From a virus: DNA of 64,000 nt. The stretch is from the IMG/VR virus record IMGVR_UViG_3300045988_168118, one strand, 5' to 3'. Numbering within the stretch: position 1 is the stretch's first letter; every line of letters begins with the position of its first letter. The translations under genes and the position numbers were made by a program. Below, piece by piece: positions 32,901 through 41,040 of the stretch. The notes under the pieces were generated by a model. That model was not told the origin of the DNA. It saw only the letters and a list, made by a program, of their open reading frames with translations, and did not search any database.

Positions 32901-35488
32901 AGAAGTTTACTTTAAAAGTTGACTTAGCTCTTGATACAGCTCAAGCAGAGAGAGATTTTAATGCTTTTAAAAAGAAAGTTATTGATGGCATAAAAGATGA
33001 TGACTTCGCGGGTCAAGCTAACGCTTTACTATCTAATTTTAGTTCATATGTAAAGCCAGATGGTACAGGCGAGATTCAAGCTTTAACAGATCAGCTTAAT
33101 AAAACTAAAAGTGAAATTGAAATTATGGAAGCTGGCGGAAAATCAACTATTTATGGAGATAACCTTGCTAAAGCTTATGAAGATTTAGAGAAGTATGAAA
33201 AAAATGCGGAAACCGCGTTAGAAAATTATGCACAAATATCAAAGGATATTGAAGAGACTTATTTAAGTGCAATAGATAAAGCTCAAGAAAAACTAGACGA
33301 ACAATCAGAACAATATGAATTTATATCTGATTTAATTGACCATGATAAAGATGTAATTGGTTTAATTTATGGCGATAAAGCTTATTCTCAATTAGCTAAA
33401 TATTATGAGATGCAAAGAAAAAATAATAATGATAATTTGGACTTTGCAAGAAAACAGGTAGAATTCTGGAAACAGAGAATGGATAACGAAGAAAAAGATT
33501 CCAAAGCTTGGAAAGAATATAAAGCTAATTATGAAAAAGCGGTTACTGATTTAAACTCAAAAGTTAAGAGTTCTATTGAGGAAGTTATTGAAGAATACAA
33601 AAATACTATAAATAAAATCTTTGAAGATATTAACAAGAGACTAACCAATGGAAGCGGATTAGATCATGTTAAAGATCAATGGGATTTAATTAACAAAAAT
33701 GCAGATATGTATTTGGATAGTATCAATTCTTCTTTTGAAATTCAAAAACTTCAAAATAAGTATTTAGATTCTATTGATAATACAAGTAGTTTATCTGCTC
33801 AAAAGAAATTGAATAACCTGATGAATGAGCAAATTGAAATGCTTAAAGCTAAGGAAAAATTGACTCAATATGACGTAGATCGTGCTAATGCACTATACGA
33901 AATAGCTTTAAAAGAAATTGCTTTGCAAGATGCTCAAAAAAATAAGTCAAAAATGAGATTGAGACGTGATTCTCAAGGAAATTATAGTTATCAATATGTT
34001 TCTGATGAAGACAGTATAGCTCAAGCACAGCAAGAGCTATTAGAAGCTCAAAATTCTCTCTATAATTTGGATAAAGACAAGTATAAGAGTAATTTAGATG
34101 AAATCTATAGCACTTATTCTGAATTCCAACAGAAATTATTAGAACTGTATTCAGATACTACCCTTGCAGATGAAGAAAGAGAAGAAAAGAAAAAATTATT
34201 AGCAGAACAATATGGCGAAATAATAAATAACTTAGTTGAACAAAATGAGCAAGTTAAGCAGAATCTTCAGGATACAACTTTCCAAGAATTAGCTAAAAAG
34301 TATAATACCGATGTAGCTAACTTCCAAGCAATGTCAGATGAGGAAAAGAGAATCTTAATGGAGAGCATGATTCCGCAATGGAATTCAGGCGTTCAGCAAA
34401 TGACTGATAAATTTGCGGGAGAAGGCGGTTTTATTCCAACTTGTGAAAATGCCTTTAAACAGCTAGATGAAGCTTTACTTACTTATAGAAATAACTTGAG
34501 TGAGACAAGCGAACGTTCAGGGGTAGATTTCAACAAGATTGCTGAAGGATATGATATGAATATCCAAAAAGCTAAAGAGCTTCTTGAGGAAAATGATAAG
34601 TTACTTGAAAAATACAAGGCTCAATTAGAAGCTGTTCAAGATGTACTTCAAGAAGTAAAACAGTTAGAAGAAGCTTATAGAGGTGTTGCGGCAGCTGCTA
34701 TTTCTGCGGTTACAGAAGCTAATAAATTAAAGCAACAGAAGGATAAGGAAGCGAGAGAAGCAGCAGATAAAGAGGCTGCTGAAAATGGCAAAAGCGGAGA
34801 TAATAAAAAGAATAACAAAAGTAATAAAGGTGAAGGAAAGAATACAATCGTTGATGTCAAAGCGGATCCTTCTGATACTCCAGCAAGTGCAGTTGACATG
34901 GACGAAGGTAGTAAGAAATTTAAAATTGGAGATAAGGTTAAATTACTAAAAGGAAAAAGATATTATTATACGTCTGAAGGAGCTGAACCTTCAGGAAATA
35001 GAGGAGCTGGACAGAATAAACCTGGTACGATTACTCAGATTGAAAAGGGAGCTAAAAAGCCTATTCATGTTCAGAGTAATGATGGTCCATTCGGGTGGCT
35101 TACGAAAGATGATATCAAGAAATTTGATACTGGCGGATACACTGGAGCATGGAACGGAAATGAGGGAAAAGTTGGTATTCTTCATCAAAAAGAATTAGTT
35201 TTGAATAAAGAAGATACTAAAAATTTCTTATCTGCTATGAATGTTGTTAGAAGTTTAGACAGTGTTTTAGATACAATTAATGCATCTATGATGGATAGAC
35301 TGATTGGGCTACTAGCTCAGACTACTACTTCTTTGAGCGGCTTTTCCGCATCTCAAGATTTGACTATTGACCAGAAAGTCCAAATAGAAGCTTCTTTCCC
35401 GAATGTTCAAAATTCTGGAGAAATTGAAAAGGCATTTAAAAATTTAGTAAATTATGCAAGTCAACACGCATATGATACTAAACGTTAA
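26960..35488 (+). CDS. Tail tape-measure protein, 2842 aa.
   Basis: Giant ORF rich in coiled-coil and Ala/Gln/Glu/Lys with almost no Cys, followed by a terminator and sited between the tail tube and fibre genes. A conserved tape-measure-like C-terminal block reads FDTGGYTGAWNGNEGKVGILHQKELVLNKEDT. RBS AGGAGG. Confidence 0.8.
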   Translation: MAATNRIDFTVGFNTDQSGLSTIKKSLEEIQKMTSSDLMSLNKGMDLSEANSRLTQIKESASQVQKALDKAFNANLGTLNVSKFNNELKNLDINKIYNDFNSAGSAGQTAFKNMTTQVLTTNMQLKQTHSFLENMATTLSNTIKWNIASGAMNALTNNVQQAVNYVEKLDTSLNNIRVVTGKSAEEMRDFAESASQTAQELSASTRDITEGALIYYQQGDTDENALAKAEITQKTANVSQISSEQAAEYLTAVWNGYKVANEAAAEGMDVYEKYVDKLAAVAATTASDLAESSMAISKVASAASSMGVDFDQLNAQIATIISVTRQAPESVGTALKTIYARMGDLAVDGVDEFGVSLGEVSGKMKTMGIDILDENGHLKEMGNVIEEVAGKWSTWTDEQRQAAAVAIAGKRQYNNLIALFDNWDMYTDALDTSKNALGTLEEQQDIYSERTEAHIQRMRTTFEDLYDSLLKPEAINEVVDGITFVVDKIATLVDNIGGGKTVLAELGSLGVRVFSKQIAGGISTTIANFKNVKSNAEQLNAQLEILQQYKGLSALDEDTKELVNMKQEIVDLGSVATTEQQNIANGFIEQINALQNQKKQLEENEEAAKNLYKALTNEELDLDSLRGKGEGAKNTDTYDKIKKQVDETQKQYKSLNKEASNYAGALTLATFNQRQASKDNSKQEEAIKSYEALTTAVKNYNDEVKKIVSSSPEVASAYENFNKKLKEYSELTGNAEKSVGELIATYPELSKAFKEVTEASKDYASQAASDAQKVMKTAQDVAAGTGEKVKEKLDESRSAWKSFIDDVRNTAVIQSALDIAGSIGEIGSSIAGLKGVWDVFSDESLSTTEKLGQSFTILLSTLPLLINGIQGLQAGLITLAQTAIPALAGSSLTAGEAFLALFSASWIGWAAAAAAAIGIVVFAIDKMTVSAKEAKEALESQFEEYEKAQQEVDELNSKLETTQERLKELYQISPDELTLAQKEELRTLEAQNAALATQLELRKKVAKAEEKKTVEAAEQAAKKDAYGKELDAASVDASVDRSQLAEVSGVDIGNGRKVQDILLDDSVAKFQLGDEKAYKEYKAEVEYSISEIRELLAKKNTGINYDQREALSAYVNNLEHTLSAVNKKWENSSGEVSKSLTDAYNNALKQIPLLEEAGSEYVDYYYNIVEQYYRKTDTLGFATKQAFGEALSENKEAFDKMKAEIEKEGGIDVLLADDGKKLRNVIGSNAFESLKEYSTQTGLSLETLLKSLDEIDAKYDDIKDGASIAANTEKKEIEELTKKQEEYQEELDKKSVIGDISSQLASEGSLDKLSKTKEGKATLETFNQMLEETAGIYNKNVSAAQEFEEAATRGVLGQIEYLEDLREADSNYYTEVIELEKQKLEAELDSNKKILEGYAQRKTELTMHINQLEDIREKEGSLSKEQLDELSNAQVELEAVTEKYNEYQNAVSDTKKEIEDTDWELKIDLAGVEEILSIGDSVLSESDKIREAAMMIGEGYIVASEDAKKLAEVFPEILDGAQVMADGQIQLQEDVAKDALGNQESILDGDVESTNARIENEIQLLTAKKESAEAELAMAKSVAEGGVKLTKEQIEKISNGRQQLTNYLMKLGLEETDANKAVAAAMSGNMDEYNRITANVSDDVAHNLAQSLSDAATSAKENSSNMVTSVSAVGEQASKVANQIKNMPKGIKTDVSKVNVGGGGTGGSNFTATTNKGDFKGVDPVESSASLPEIDEWISDLELDISTYEQSISRMRALQATLYENAGSTKKALDSAKSGLGGSTPFEKDKSSKGGKGGSGGKGSSSDAQADTMDLLQDEAEVYHDIDLQIKDITKDLDALQKKQEKLAGKELTKNLQEQLDLLEKQKEAYATKIEVAKIRSSTYKSALKAEGVTFNADGDITNYFKIMQTKMDNVNKMITKYNGMSKEEQKKYKQTVEAAKKDYEKFKKILSKYEELNADEKEIEKQQQEIEDKATEVRIKKFTLKVDLALDTAQAERDFNAFKKKVIDGIKDDDFAGQANALLSNFSSYVKPDGTGEIQALTDQLNKTKSEIEIMEAGGKSTIYGDNLAKAYEDLEKYEKNAETALENYAQISKDIEETYLSAIDKAQEKLDEQSEQYEFISDLIDHDKDVIGLIYGDKAYSQLAKYYEMQRKNNNDNLDFARKQVEFWKQRMDNEEKDSKAWKEYKANYEKAVTDLNSKVKSSIEEVIEEYKNTINKIFEDINKRLTNGSGLDHVKDQWDLINKNADMYLDSINSSFEIQKLQNKYLDSIDNTSSLSAQKKLNNLMNEQIEMLKAKEKLTQYDVDRANALYEIALKEIALQDAQKNKSKMRLRRDSQGNYSYQYVSDEDSIAQAQQELLEAQNSLYNLDKDKYKSNLDEIYSTYSEFQQKLLELYSDTTLADEEREEKKKLLAEQYGEIINNLVEQNEQVKQNLQDTTFQELAKKYNTDVANFQAMSDEEKRILMESMIPQWNSGVQQMTDKFAGEGGFIPTCENAFKQLDEALLTYRNNLSETSERSGVDFNKIAEGYDMNIQKAKELLEENDKLLEKYKAQLEAVQDVLQEVKQLEEAYRGVAAAAISAVTEANKLKQQKDKEAREAADKEAAENGKSGDNKKNNKSNKGEGKNTIVDVKADPSDTPASAVDMDEGSKKFKIGDKVKLLKGKRYYYTSEGAEPSGNRGAGQNKPGTITQIEKGAKKPIHVQSNDGPFGWLTKDDIKKFDTGGYTGAWNGNEGKVGILHQKELVLNKEDTKNFLSAMNVVRSLDSVLDTINASMMDRLIGLLAQTTTSLSGFSASQDLTIDQKVQIEASFPNVQNSGEIEKAFKNLVNYASQHAYDTKR

Positions 35489-35490
35489 AT

Positions 35491-35524
35491 AAGAGAGGCT
35501 TTATACCTCTCTTATTTTTTTTTG
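35491..35524 (+). terminator. Rho-independent terminator after the tape-measure gene (agagagg-N-cctctct followed by a T10 run).
   Basis: aagagaggctttatacctctcttatttttttttgg. Confidence 0.6.
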
Positions 35525-35593
35525 GACATTTTTATTTAAAAATCTTTAATAAAAAATTATATTTTATATAAAGAGAGAAAAGGAGTGTATAAG

Positions 35594-38500
35594 TTGAGCA
35601 ATAACATAGAAAGCAATATTTGCAAAGCTATTGATATTATCGTAAAGAAAGCAGTAAATCAAGCTAGTTATGATAAGACAATTCAAGCAACGATTCTTTC
35701 GTGTATAGATGCTACTATTGGTAAATACAAAGTAAAGTATCAAGATAGCATTTTTTATGCATACTCAGGAAATTCTGATACCACTTATACAGATGGTTCT
35801 AATGTCTATATACTAATTCCTGGTAACGATATGAAAAAAGATAAGACTATTTTAGGTACAACAAAAAAACTAGGTATTAACTATATAGCTACTTCAGAAG
35901 GAGAGGAAAGTTATGAACCTATTGGTAATAACTGTATTTCTTCATCTACTGTTTTTGGATTAAGTTCATATTCAAAAGGCGAACAAGAGAAAATCTTATA
36001 TAGTAGAGATTTTCCAAATAAGAATTTAATAAAAGTAGATAGTGCATCTGCGGAAGAATATATAAAACAATCTGCAAATTTAGTTTGCAGCATGAAAGTA
36101 AGGACACTACTGCCGCCAGAACAACAGAGTAGAGGTAACTATGGTATTATCTTTGCGTTAGATTTTTTAGATAATGCGACTAATAAAATTATAACGAGAA
36201 ATTATGTTATAGATGTGGATAAAATGACAGGTAATCCTTATAAATTGGTTTACTCAACCAAACAATATGGTATTTTTGATATAGATGGAATAAATTTCAA
36301 ATCTATAAAAGAAATTAAATTATTTTGTTATAATTTCCCGAATAGCAAGGAGAATTATATTGATGATATTTTTATAGAAGATTTGCAATTTTATGGAGTT
36401 GCAAAACTTAGCGAGGAGGATATTAATGGTTGTAGTTTAAGTATCATAACTCCGCAAGGTAATTTTTTCAATAAAAATGCAAATAAAAATGATTATAAAA
36501 AGCTACAAGCACAAGTTAGAGTTAAAGGTAAAGTTATAGATAATAATTCTCAAAAACTTCCTTTCTATTGGTTTGTGGAAGATATTAATATTACATCAAA
36601 AAGTTTAGGTTATCATAAGTATGGCGGTCAGGGTTGGAGATGTCTAAATAAGTATAATATTATTCAAGATGCAAATGAAGAAAATGGAGAAGCCGCGATA
36701 GTAGAATATGTTGCTCTTGATTCTGAATATAAAGTTTGTTTTGAAGATGTAATTGCAAAAGAGACTAAATATAAATGCGTTGTTATTTACGATGAGAGTG
36801 CTTTAGAAAAACAGATTGTGATTAAAAATTATAATTCTAATTATCAATTTTCATTAGTATCTGATTTAGGAGAGCAGTTTTATTATGATGTTGGTTATCC
36901 TACTTTAACTTGTTTAATGAATGGAGAACAAATAAAAGATACGAGTAATTATGAATTTTCTTGGATTACTGTTGATAGCATAGGCGGTTTTAGTAATCTT
37001 GAAGAGACGACCGCGGAAAATGAAGAATATAATAACGCAGTTAAGAATAAAAAAGATTTAGAAAAAGCTATTAGTGATGGTACAAAATATTACGAAGTTG
37101 TAAAGGATGAATTAGACAGATATAATGCTGTTATAGAGAAATATAATACAATAACAAGAGTAGAAAAAGATAAGATCATTCATATAGATGTGCGTTCTAT
37201 TACACGAAATAAAACTTATAAATGTGCGGTATATTATATTAGAAATGGAAGTAAAACCTTCCTAGGATCAGCATCAATCACTTTAACTAATTCTTTAAGC
37301 ACAGAAGGTTTATATACTTTAGTTATTAATAATGGTATCCAAACTTTTAAATATAATGAAAATGGAATTAGTCCAGCTTCTAAATCATTAGAGAAACCTA
37401 TTACTTTGCAAGCTTTAACTTTTACTATTTATAATAATTTAGGTCAACCTATTGATGATGAAGTGGCTAAACATTGCAAAATTAAATGGATTGTTCCTTC
37501 TAAAAACACTATGTTAAAGATTTCATCTGATTATAATAATGTCAAAGATGAAGATTTAATCAATAATACAACAACATATAATAATATTACAACATTAACA
37601 TATGGTATTGAAGATAAGTATTCTGTTAATAAGGTTAGAAATAATATTCAATTAGCAGTAGAATATAAAGAGATGAATCTAATTGCGGAGACTAACTTTA
37701 CTTTTGTTAAAGAAGGAGAACCTGGAACAAATGGAACTGACATTGTGTGCAAGATAGTTCCAAATGTTAAAGATGGAGAGCCTATTCCAGTATATCCAAT
37801 CCTTACTAAAAGCGGTGCTAACTATAGTTTTAATTTTAATAAGAAAGATAATGCGTCTAATTTTAAAATTGAAATATGGAAAGATGGAGAAATAGTTTTT
37901 AGCGGAAGTACTACGTCAGGTAATACGACAGTAGTTTGGAGCGTATTAAAAAATAAATATGGACTTGATTATGGGAATTCTAGCGGTACAGATTATTCTT
38001 TCATACAAATTAATCCTCAGAATGGAAATGTTTCATTAATTTCTACAAATGGGAAGCCTTTACCTTGGGATGATCACTCTGGAGTTGCTAATATTATAAA
38101 AGCTACAGTAAAATACGATGGAATAACTTATTATGCTACTATGCCAATTATAGTTGCGGAAATTTATGATGACAACTATAAAGTTAATTTAAAAGATTAT
38201 ACTGGTTTTAGATATGTTATTTATAATGCGGATGGAAGGAAACCTAAATATGATAATGCTACTCCTTTTACTTTAGAAGTTAAGAAACGTATGCAAGAAG
38301 CTAATGGTTATGTGGATATTAGTATCAATTCAAAAACTAATTATACATGGGATAGAAAAGGAAGCATTTTAGAATATCACCAAAGTTCTGGAATTAATGA
38401 TTTAACTTGTTGGGAAGAAAAATCTTCTTTACATTTAATAGATATTAGTCCAACAAACATTCCAATAAATCAGCGTAGCTATAAGCCTGTTGATGATTAT

Positions 38501-40339
38501 GATGGACAATGTGTAAATAATGGTATAGTATGTACAATAAAAGATGAAACTAATGAAAGTAAAATTATTGCGAATATTTATATACCAGTACATTTATACT
38601 TAAATAGATTTAATAATGCGGCTATAAATGATTGGGATGGTAATAGTGTTAATGTAAATAGCGATGGCGGATTTATTCTATCTCCGCAAGTTGGAGCAGG
38701 AGTAAAAGATAATAACAATGCTTTTACAGGTATTGTTATGGGAAAAGTACAAGAAGCTAATCAGAATAATATTGAGATAGGATTATTCGGATATAATAAA
38801 GGTCAAAGAAATATATTTTTAGACGCTGAAACGGGTAAAGCTGTTTTTGGTGTTAATAATGGCGGACAAATTATTTTAAATCCATCTGAGGGAAAAGCTG
38901 AGATAAAATCTGGAAATTATAATGATTCAGGAGAACAAAAAGGCGGTATGTTAATTGATTTAACTACGCCAAAAATCAACTTTGGTACAGGTAATTTCAG
39001 TGTTAATAGCAGTGGTTATTTAACAGCAAAAGGTGGAGGAAGTATTGCTGGATGGAAAATCGGTAATACAGCATTAACTTCTGACAATAATAAAGTTTCT
39101 TTTAACTCCTTAAGCGAAAAGGCTGATGGTACATCTATAGTAATAAAAGCTGGCGATTATTTTACTGTAGATTTTAACGGTAAGATAAAAGCTGCTAAAG
39201 GAATACTTGGTAGCGGTACTTCTCCTATTACAATAGGAAAGGGAGAAGGTACAAGTGAAGGAAAAAGTGCTTTATATAGTAAAAAAACATCAAAAGATAG
39301 TAGTAGTGATGGTTTTTATCTAGGAACGGATGGATTTGCTCTTGGTAATCGACATGATACATGGGTAAAAGATGAGGCAAAAACAGTTAGTAGTTTTCAA
39401 GTTGACACAGACGGCACTGTTTACATGAAGGAAGGATATATTGGAGGTAGTGACCAAGGAAATCCTCCTCTGAGGATAACTGAAAGTAGTATTAGATATA
39501 AAAAGACATCTTATAATGAAGAAAAGAACGAGGGATTTTATCTAGGTCCTTCAGGAATTGGACTAGGTCAAGGTAAGTTTACAGTTAATAACAAAGGAAA
39601 ACTAACTGCAACGAGCGGAAGCATTGGAGGATGGACGATTAACGATTCTAGCTTAACTGGAAAAGATGATGGAGAGAAAATGACTTTAAGTCCAACGACA
39701 GGTATAAATTTTAATAGCGTCTTTACAGTTGATCAGAATGGAGTTTTAAACGCAACGAGTGGAAGCGTTGGAGGATGGACTCTTGGTAAGGAATTCTTAA
39801 AAGGAGGCAACTTAACTTTAGATAATACTGGAGCTATAACTGGAAAGAATTGGAGTATTACTGCTGATGGAGTTGCTAAGTTTACTAATGAAGCAAGTTT
39901 TTCAAACATTTCTGCAACAGGAGGTTCAGTAGCAGGAAAAATTGTTGGAAGCGGTATTAATGGAGCACATCTTAATAATACCTCAGTTGCCAAGGAGAAA
40001 TTCGATGATAATGTTAAAACTTGGATACAAGATTTAATTGCAGATAGGGTAACAATATTAAAAGCTTTAAACGTAGATACTAAAAGCGGAGGCTATTTAC
40101 GTGTTGGAATAGAAGCTAACCGCGTGGTGATGGGTAATGTACGTTTTGAAGGAGGTATTGAATTAGAAGGAGAAGACGGAAGAAGTGGAACAGGAGTAGA
40201 TGGTAGTGTAAGTTGTATTACTGAAATATCTGTAGATAACGCTGAATTTGACGAGAAAACTAAAAAAGTTACAGTTAATTTAACTAAAAAAACACAAACA
40301 CTTACATTTGTTAAAGGTATTTGCACAGGATTGAAGTAA
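35594..40339 (+). CDS. Large tail fibre or distal tail structural protein, about 1580 aa, with C-terminal repeated modules (GSIAGWKIGNTALTS / GSIGGWTINDSSLTG / GSVGGWTLGKEFLKG).
   Basis: The likely start is TTG at 35594, 9 nt after AAAGGAG. The track shows GTG at 35585. Asn/Gly/Thr-rich beta-rich composition, with three or more tandem copies of a roughly 45-aa repeat near 39000-39800. Confidence 0.5.
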   Translation: MSNNIESNICKAIDIIVKKAVNQASYDKTIQATILSCIDATIGKYKVKYQDSIFYAYSGNSDTTYTDGSNVYILIPGNDMKKDKTILGTTKKLGINYIATSEGEESYEPIGNNCISSSTVFGLSSYSKGEQEKILYSRDFPNKNLIKVDSASAEEYIKQSANLVCSMKVRTLLPPEQQSRGNYGIIFALDFLDNATNKIITRNYVIDVDKMTGNPYKLVYSTKQYGIFDIDGINFKSIKEIKLFCYNFPNSKENYIDDIFIEDLQFYGVAKLSEEDINGCSLSIITPQGNFFNKNANKNDYKKLQAQVRVKGKVIDNNSQKLPFYWFVEDINITSKSLGYHKYGGQGWRCLNKYNIIQDANEENGEAAIVEYVALDSEYKVCFEDVIAKETKYKCVVIYDESALEKQIVIKNYNSNYQFSLVSDLGEQFYYDVGYPTLTCLMNGEQIKDTSNYEFSWITVDSIGGFSNLEETTAENEEYNNAVKNKKDLEKAISDGTKYYEVVKDELDRYNAVIEKYNTITRVEKDKIIHIDVRSITRNKTYKCAVYYIRNGSKTFLGSASITLTNSLSTEGLYTLVINNGIQTFKYNENGISPASKSLEKPITLQALTFTIYNNLGQPIDDEVAKHCKIKWIVPSKNTMLKISSDYNNVKDEDLINNTTTYNNITTLTYGIEDKYSVNKVRNNIQLAVEYKEMNLIAETNFTFVKEGEPGTNGTDIVCKIVPNVKDGEPIPVYPILTKSGANYSFNFNKKDNASNFKIEIWKDGEIVFSGSTTSGNTTVVWSVLKNKYGLDYGNSSGTDYSFIQINPQNGNVSLISTNGKPLPWDDHSGVANIIKATVKYDGITYYATMPIIVAEIYDDNYKVNLKDYTGFRYVIYNADGRKPKYDNATPFTLEVKKRMQEANGYVDISINSKTNYTWDRKGSILEYHQSSGINDLTCWEEKSSLHLIDISPTNIPINQRSYKPVDDYDGQCVNNGIVCTIKDETNESKIIANIYIPVHLYLNRFNNAAINDWDGNSVNVNSDGGFILSPQVGAGVKDNNNAFTGIVMGKVQEANQNNIEIGLFGYNKGQRNIFLDAETGKAVFGVNNGGQIILNPSEGKAEIKSGNYNDSGEQKGGMLIDLTTPKINFGTGNFSVNSSGYLTAKGGGSIAGWKIGNTALTSDNNKVSFNSLSEKADGTSIVIKAGDYFTVDFNGKIKAAKGILGSGTSPITIGKGEGTSEGKSALYSKKTSKDSSSDGFYLGTDGFALGNRHDTWVKDEAKTVSSFQVDTDGTVYMKEGYIGGSDQGNPPLRITESSIRYKKTSYNEEKNEGFYLGPSGIGLGQGKFTVNNKGKLTATSGSIGGWTINDSSLTGKDDGEKMTLSPTTGINFNSVFTVDQNGVLNATSGSVGGWTLGKEFLKGGNLTLDNTGAITGKNWSITADGVAKFTNEASFSNISATGGSVAGKIVGSGINGAHLNNTSVAKEKFDDNVKTWIQDLIADRVTILKALNVDTKSGGYLRVGIEANRVVMGNVRFEGGIELEGEDGRSGTGVDGSVSCITEISVDNAEFDEKTKKVTVNLTKKTQTLTFVKGICTGLK

Positions 40340-40366
40340 CAAACAATATAAGAAGGAGAAAACTTA

Positions 40367-40617
40367 TGGAACAAGATTTAATTATAAAGATGCATAGTAA
40401 TTTATGTAATGAAATTAATTCAACAAATTTGCCAATTAGTGCAAAATATTTTGTTATAAAAGATATATTTGAAGAAATTCAACTTGCATATTATAAATGT
40501 TATTCTCAATATCAAAATAATATGCAGCAAAAAAAAGAAGAATCTGAAAAAATAACTCTTCAAATTCCTATAGAAAACGATAATAGCAAAGAAGATTTAG
40601 AAGAAAAGGAGAATTAA
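40367..40617 (+). CDS. Hypothetical protein, 83 aa.
   Basis: The start is reassigned to ATG at 40367 (MEQDLIIK), after AAGGAG. Confidence 0.4.
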
Positions 40618-40618
40618 T

Positions 40619-41002
40619 ATGGTAGATGTATTAATGGTATTTTTAAAATTAGTTATTATGGTTGTTGTTCCAGTAGCAACATCAGTTTTAACATTCTTAT
40701 TAAAAACTTATCTTGAAGAACTGATTAACAAAAATGTTCAAAATGAAACTGCGGATGCTCTAAAGAAAGGACTAAATATTATTTTAGATTCAGTTAATTA
40801 TGTTCAACAGACATACGTAGATAATTTAAAGAAAGAAGATAAGTTTACTGCGGAAGCTCAGTCTAAAGCTCTTCAAAGTGCAAAACAACGTGCTATTGAA
40901 TTAATGAATACTGATGTCCAATCCGCGATTGAAGCTAGTTACGGTAATTTGGATACTTATGTTACTACAGTAATAGAAAGTTTAATAAAGAAAAATAAAT
41001 AA
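40619..41002 (+). CDS. Holin-like small membrane protein, 127 aa, with one N-terminal transmembrane segment (LL-H-family-like).
   Basis: VLMVFLKLVIMVVVPVATSVLTFLL hydrophobic segment, then an amphipathic charged tail. RBS AAAGGAG. Confidence 0.35.
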   Translation: MVDVLMVFLKLVIMVVVPVATSVLTFLLKTYLEELINKNVQNETADALKKGLNIILDSVNYVQQTYVDNLKKEDKFTAEAQSKALQSAKQRAIELMNTDVQSAIEASYGNLDTYVTTVIESLIKKNK

Positions 41003-41013
41003 GAAAGGGGAGA

Positions 41014-41037
41014 GGCGGGTTCATCCCGCCTATTTTT
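41014..41037 (+). terminator. Rho-independent terminator (ggcggg-ttcat-cccgcc followed by tattttt).
   Basis: Seen directly after the holin-like gene. Confidence 0.6.
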
Positions 41038-41040
41038 AGT

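Noticed and set aside
31894-40374. Antisense ORFs inside the tape-measure and fibre genes (31894..32199, 32546..32764, 34675..34899, 34991..35188, 35911..36093, 39733..39993, 40093..40374). The same applies to 10600..10845, 13710..13907, 17590..17844, 20537..20830, 23357..23626, 24825..25028, 41991..42182, 44361..44558, 47316..47504, 53353..53670, 58765..59010, 59308..59511 and 60436..60618.
   Set aside because: Each lies embedded opposite or inside a long, well-supported gene, has no RBS and has biased composition. All are chance ORFs.
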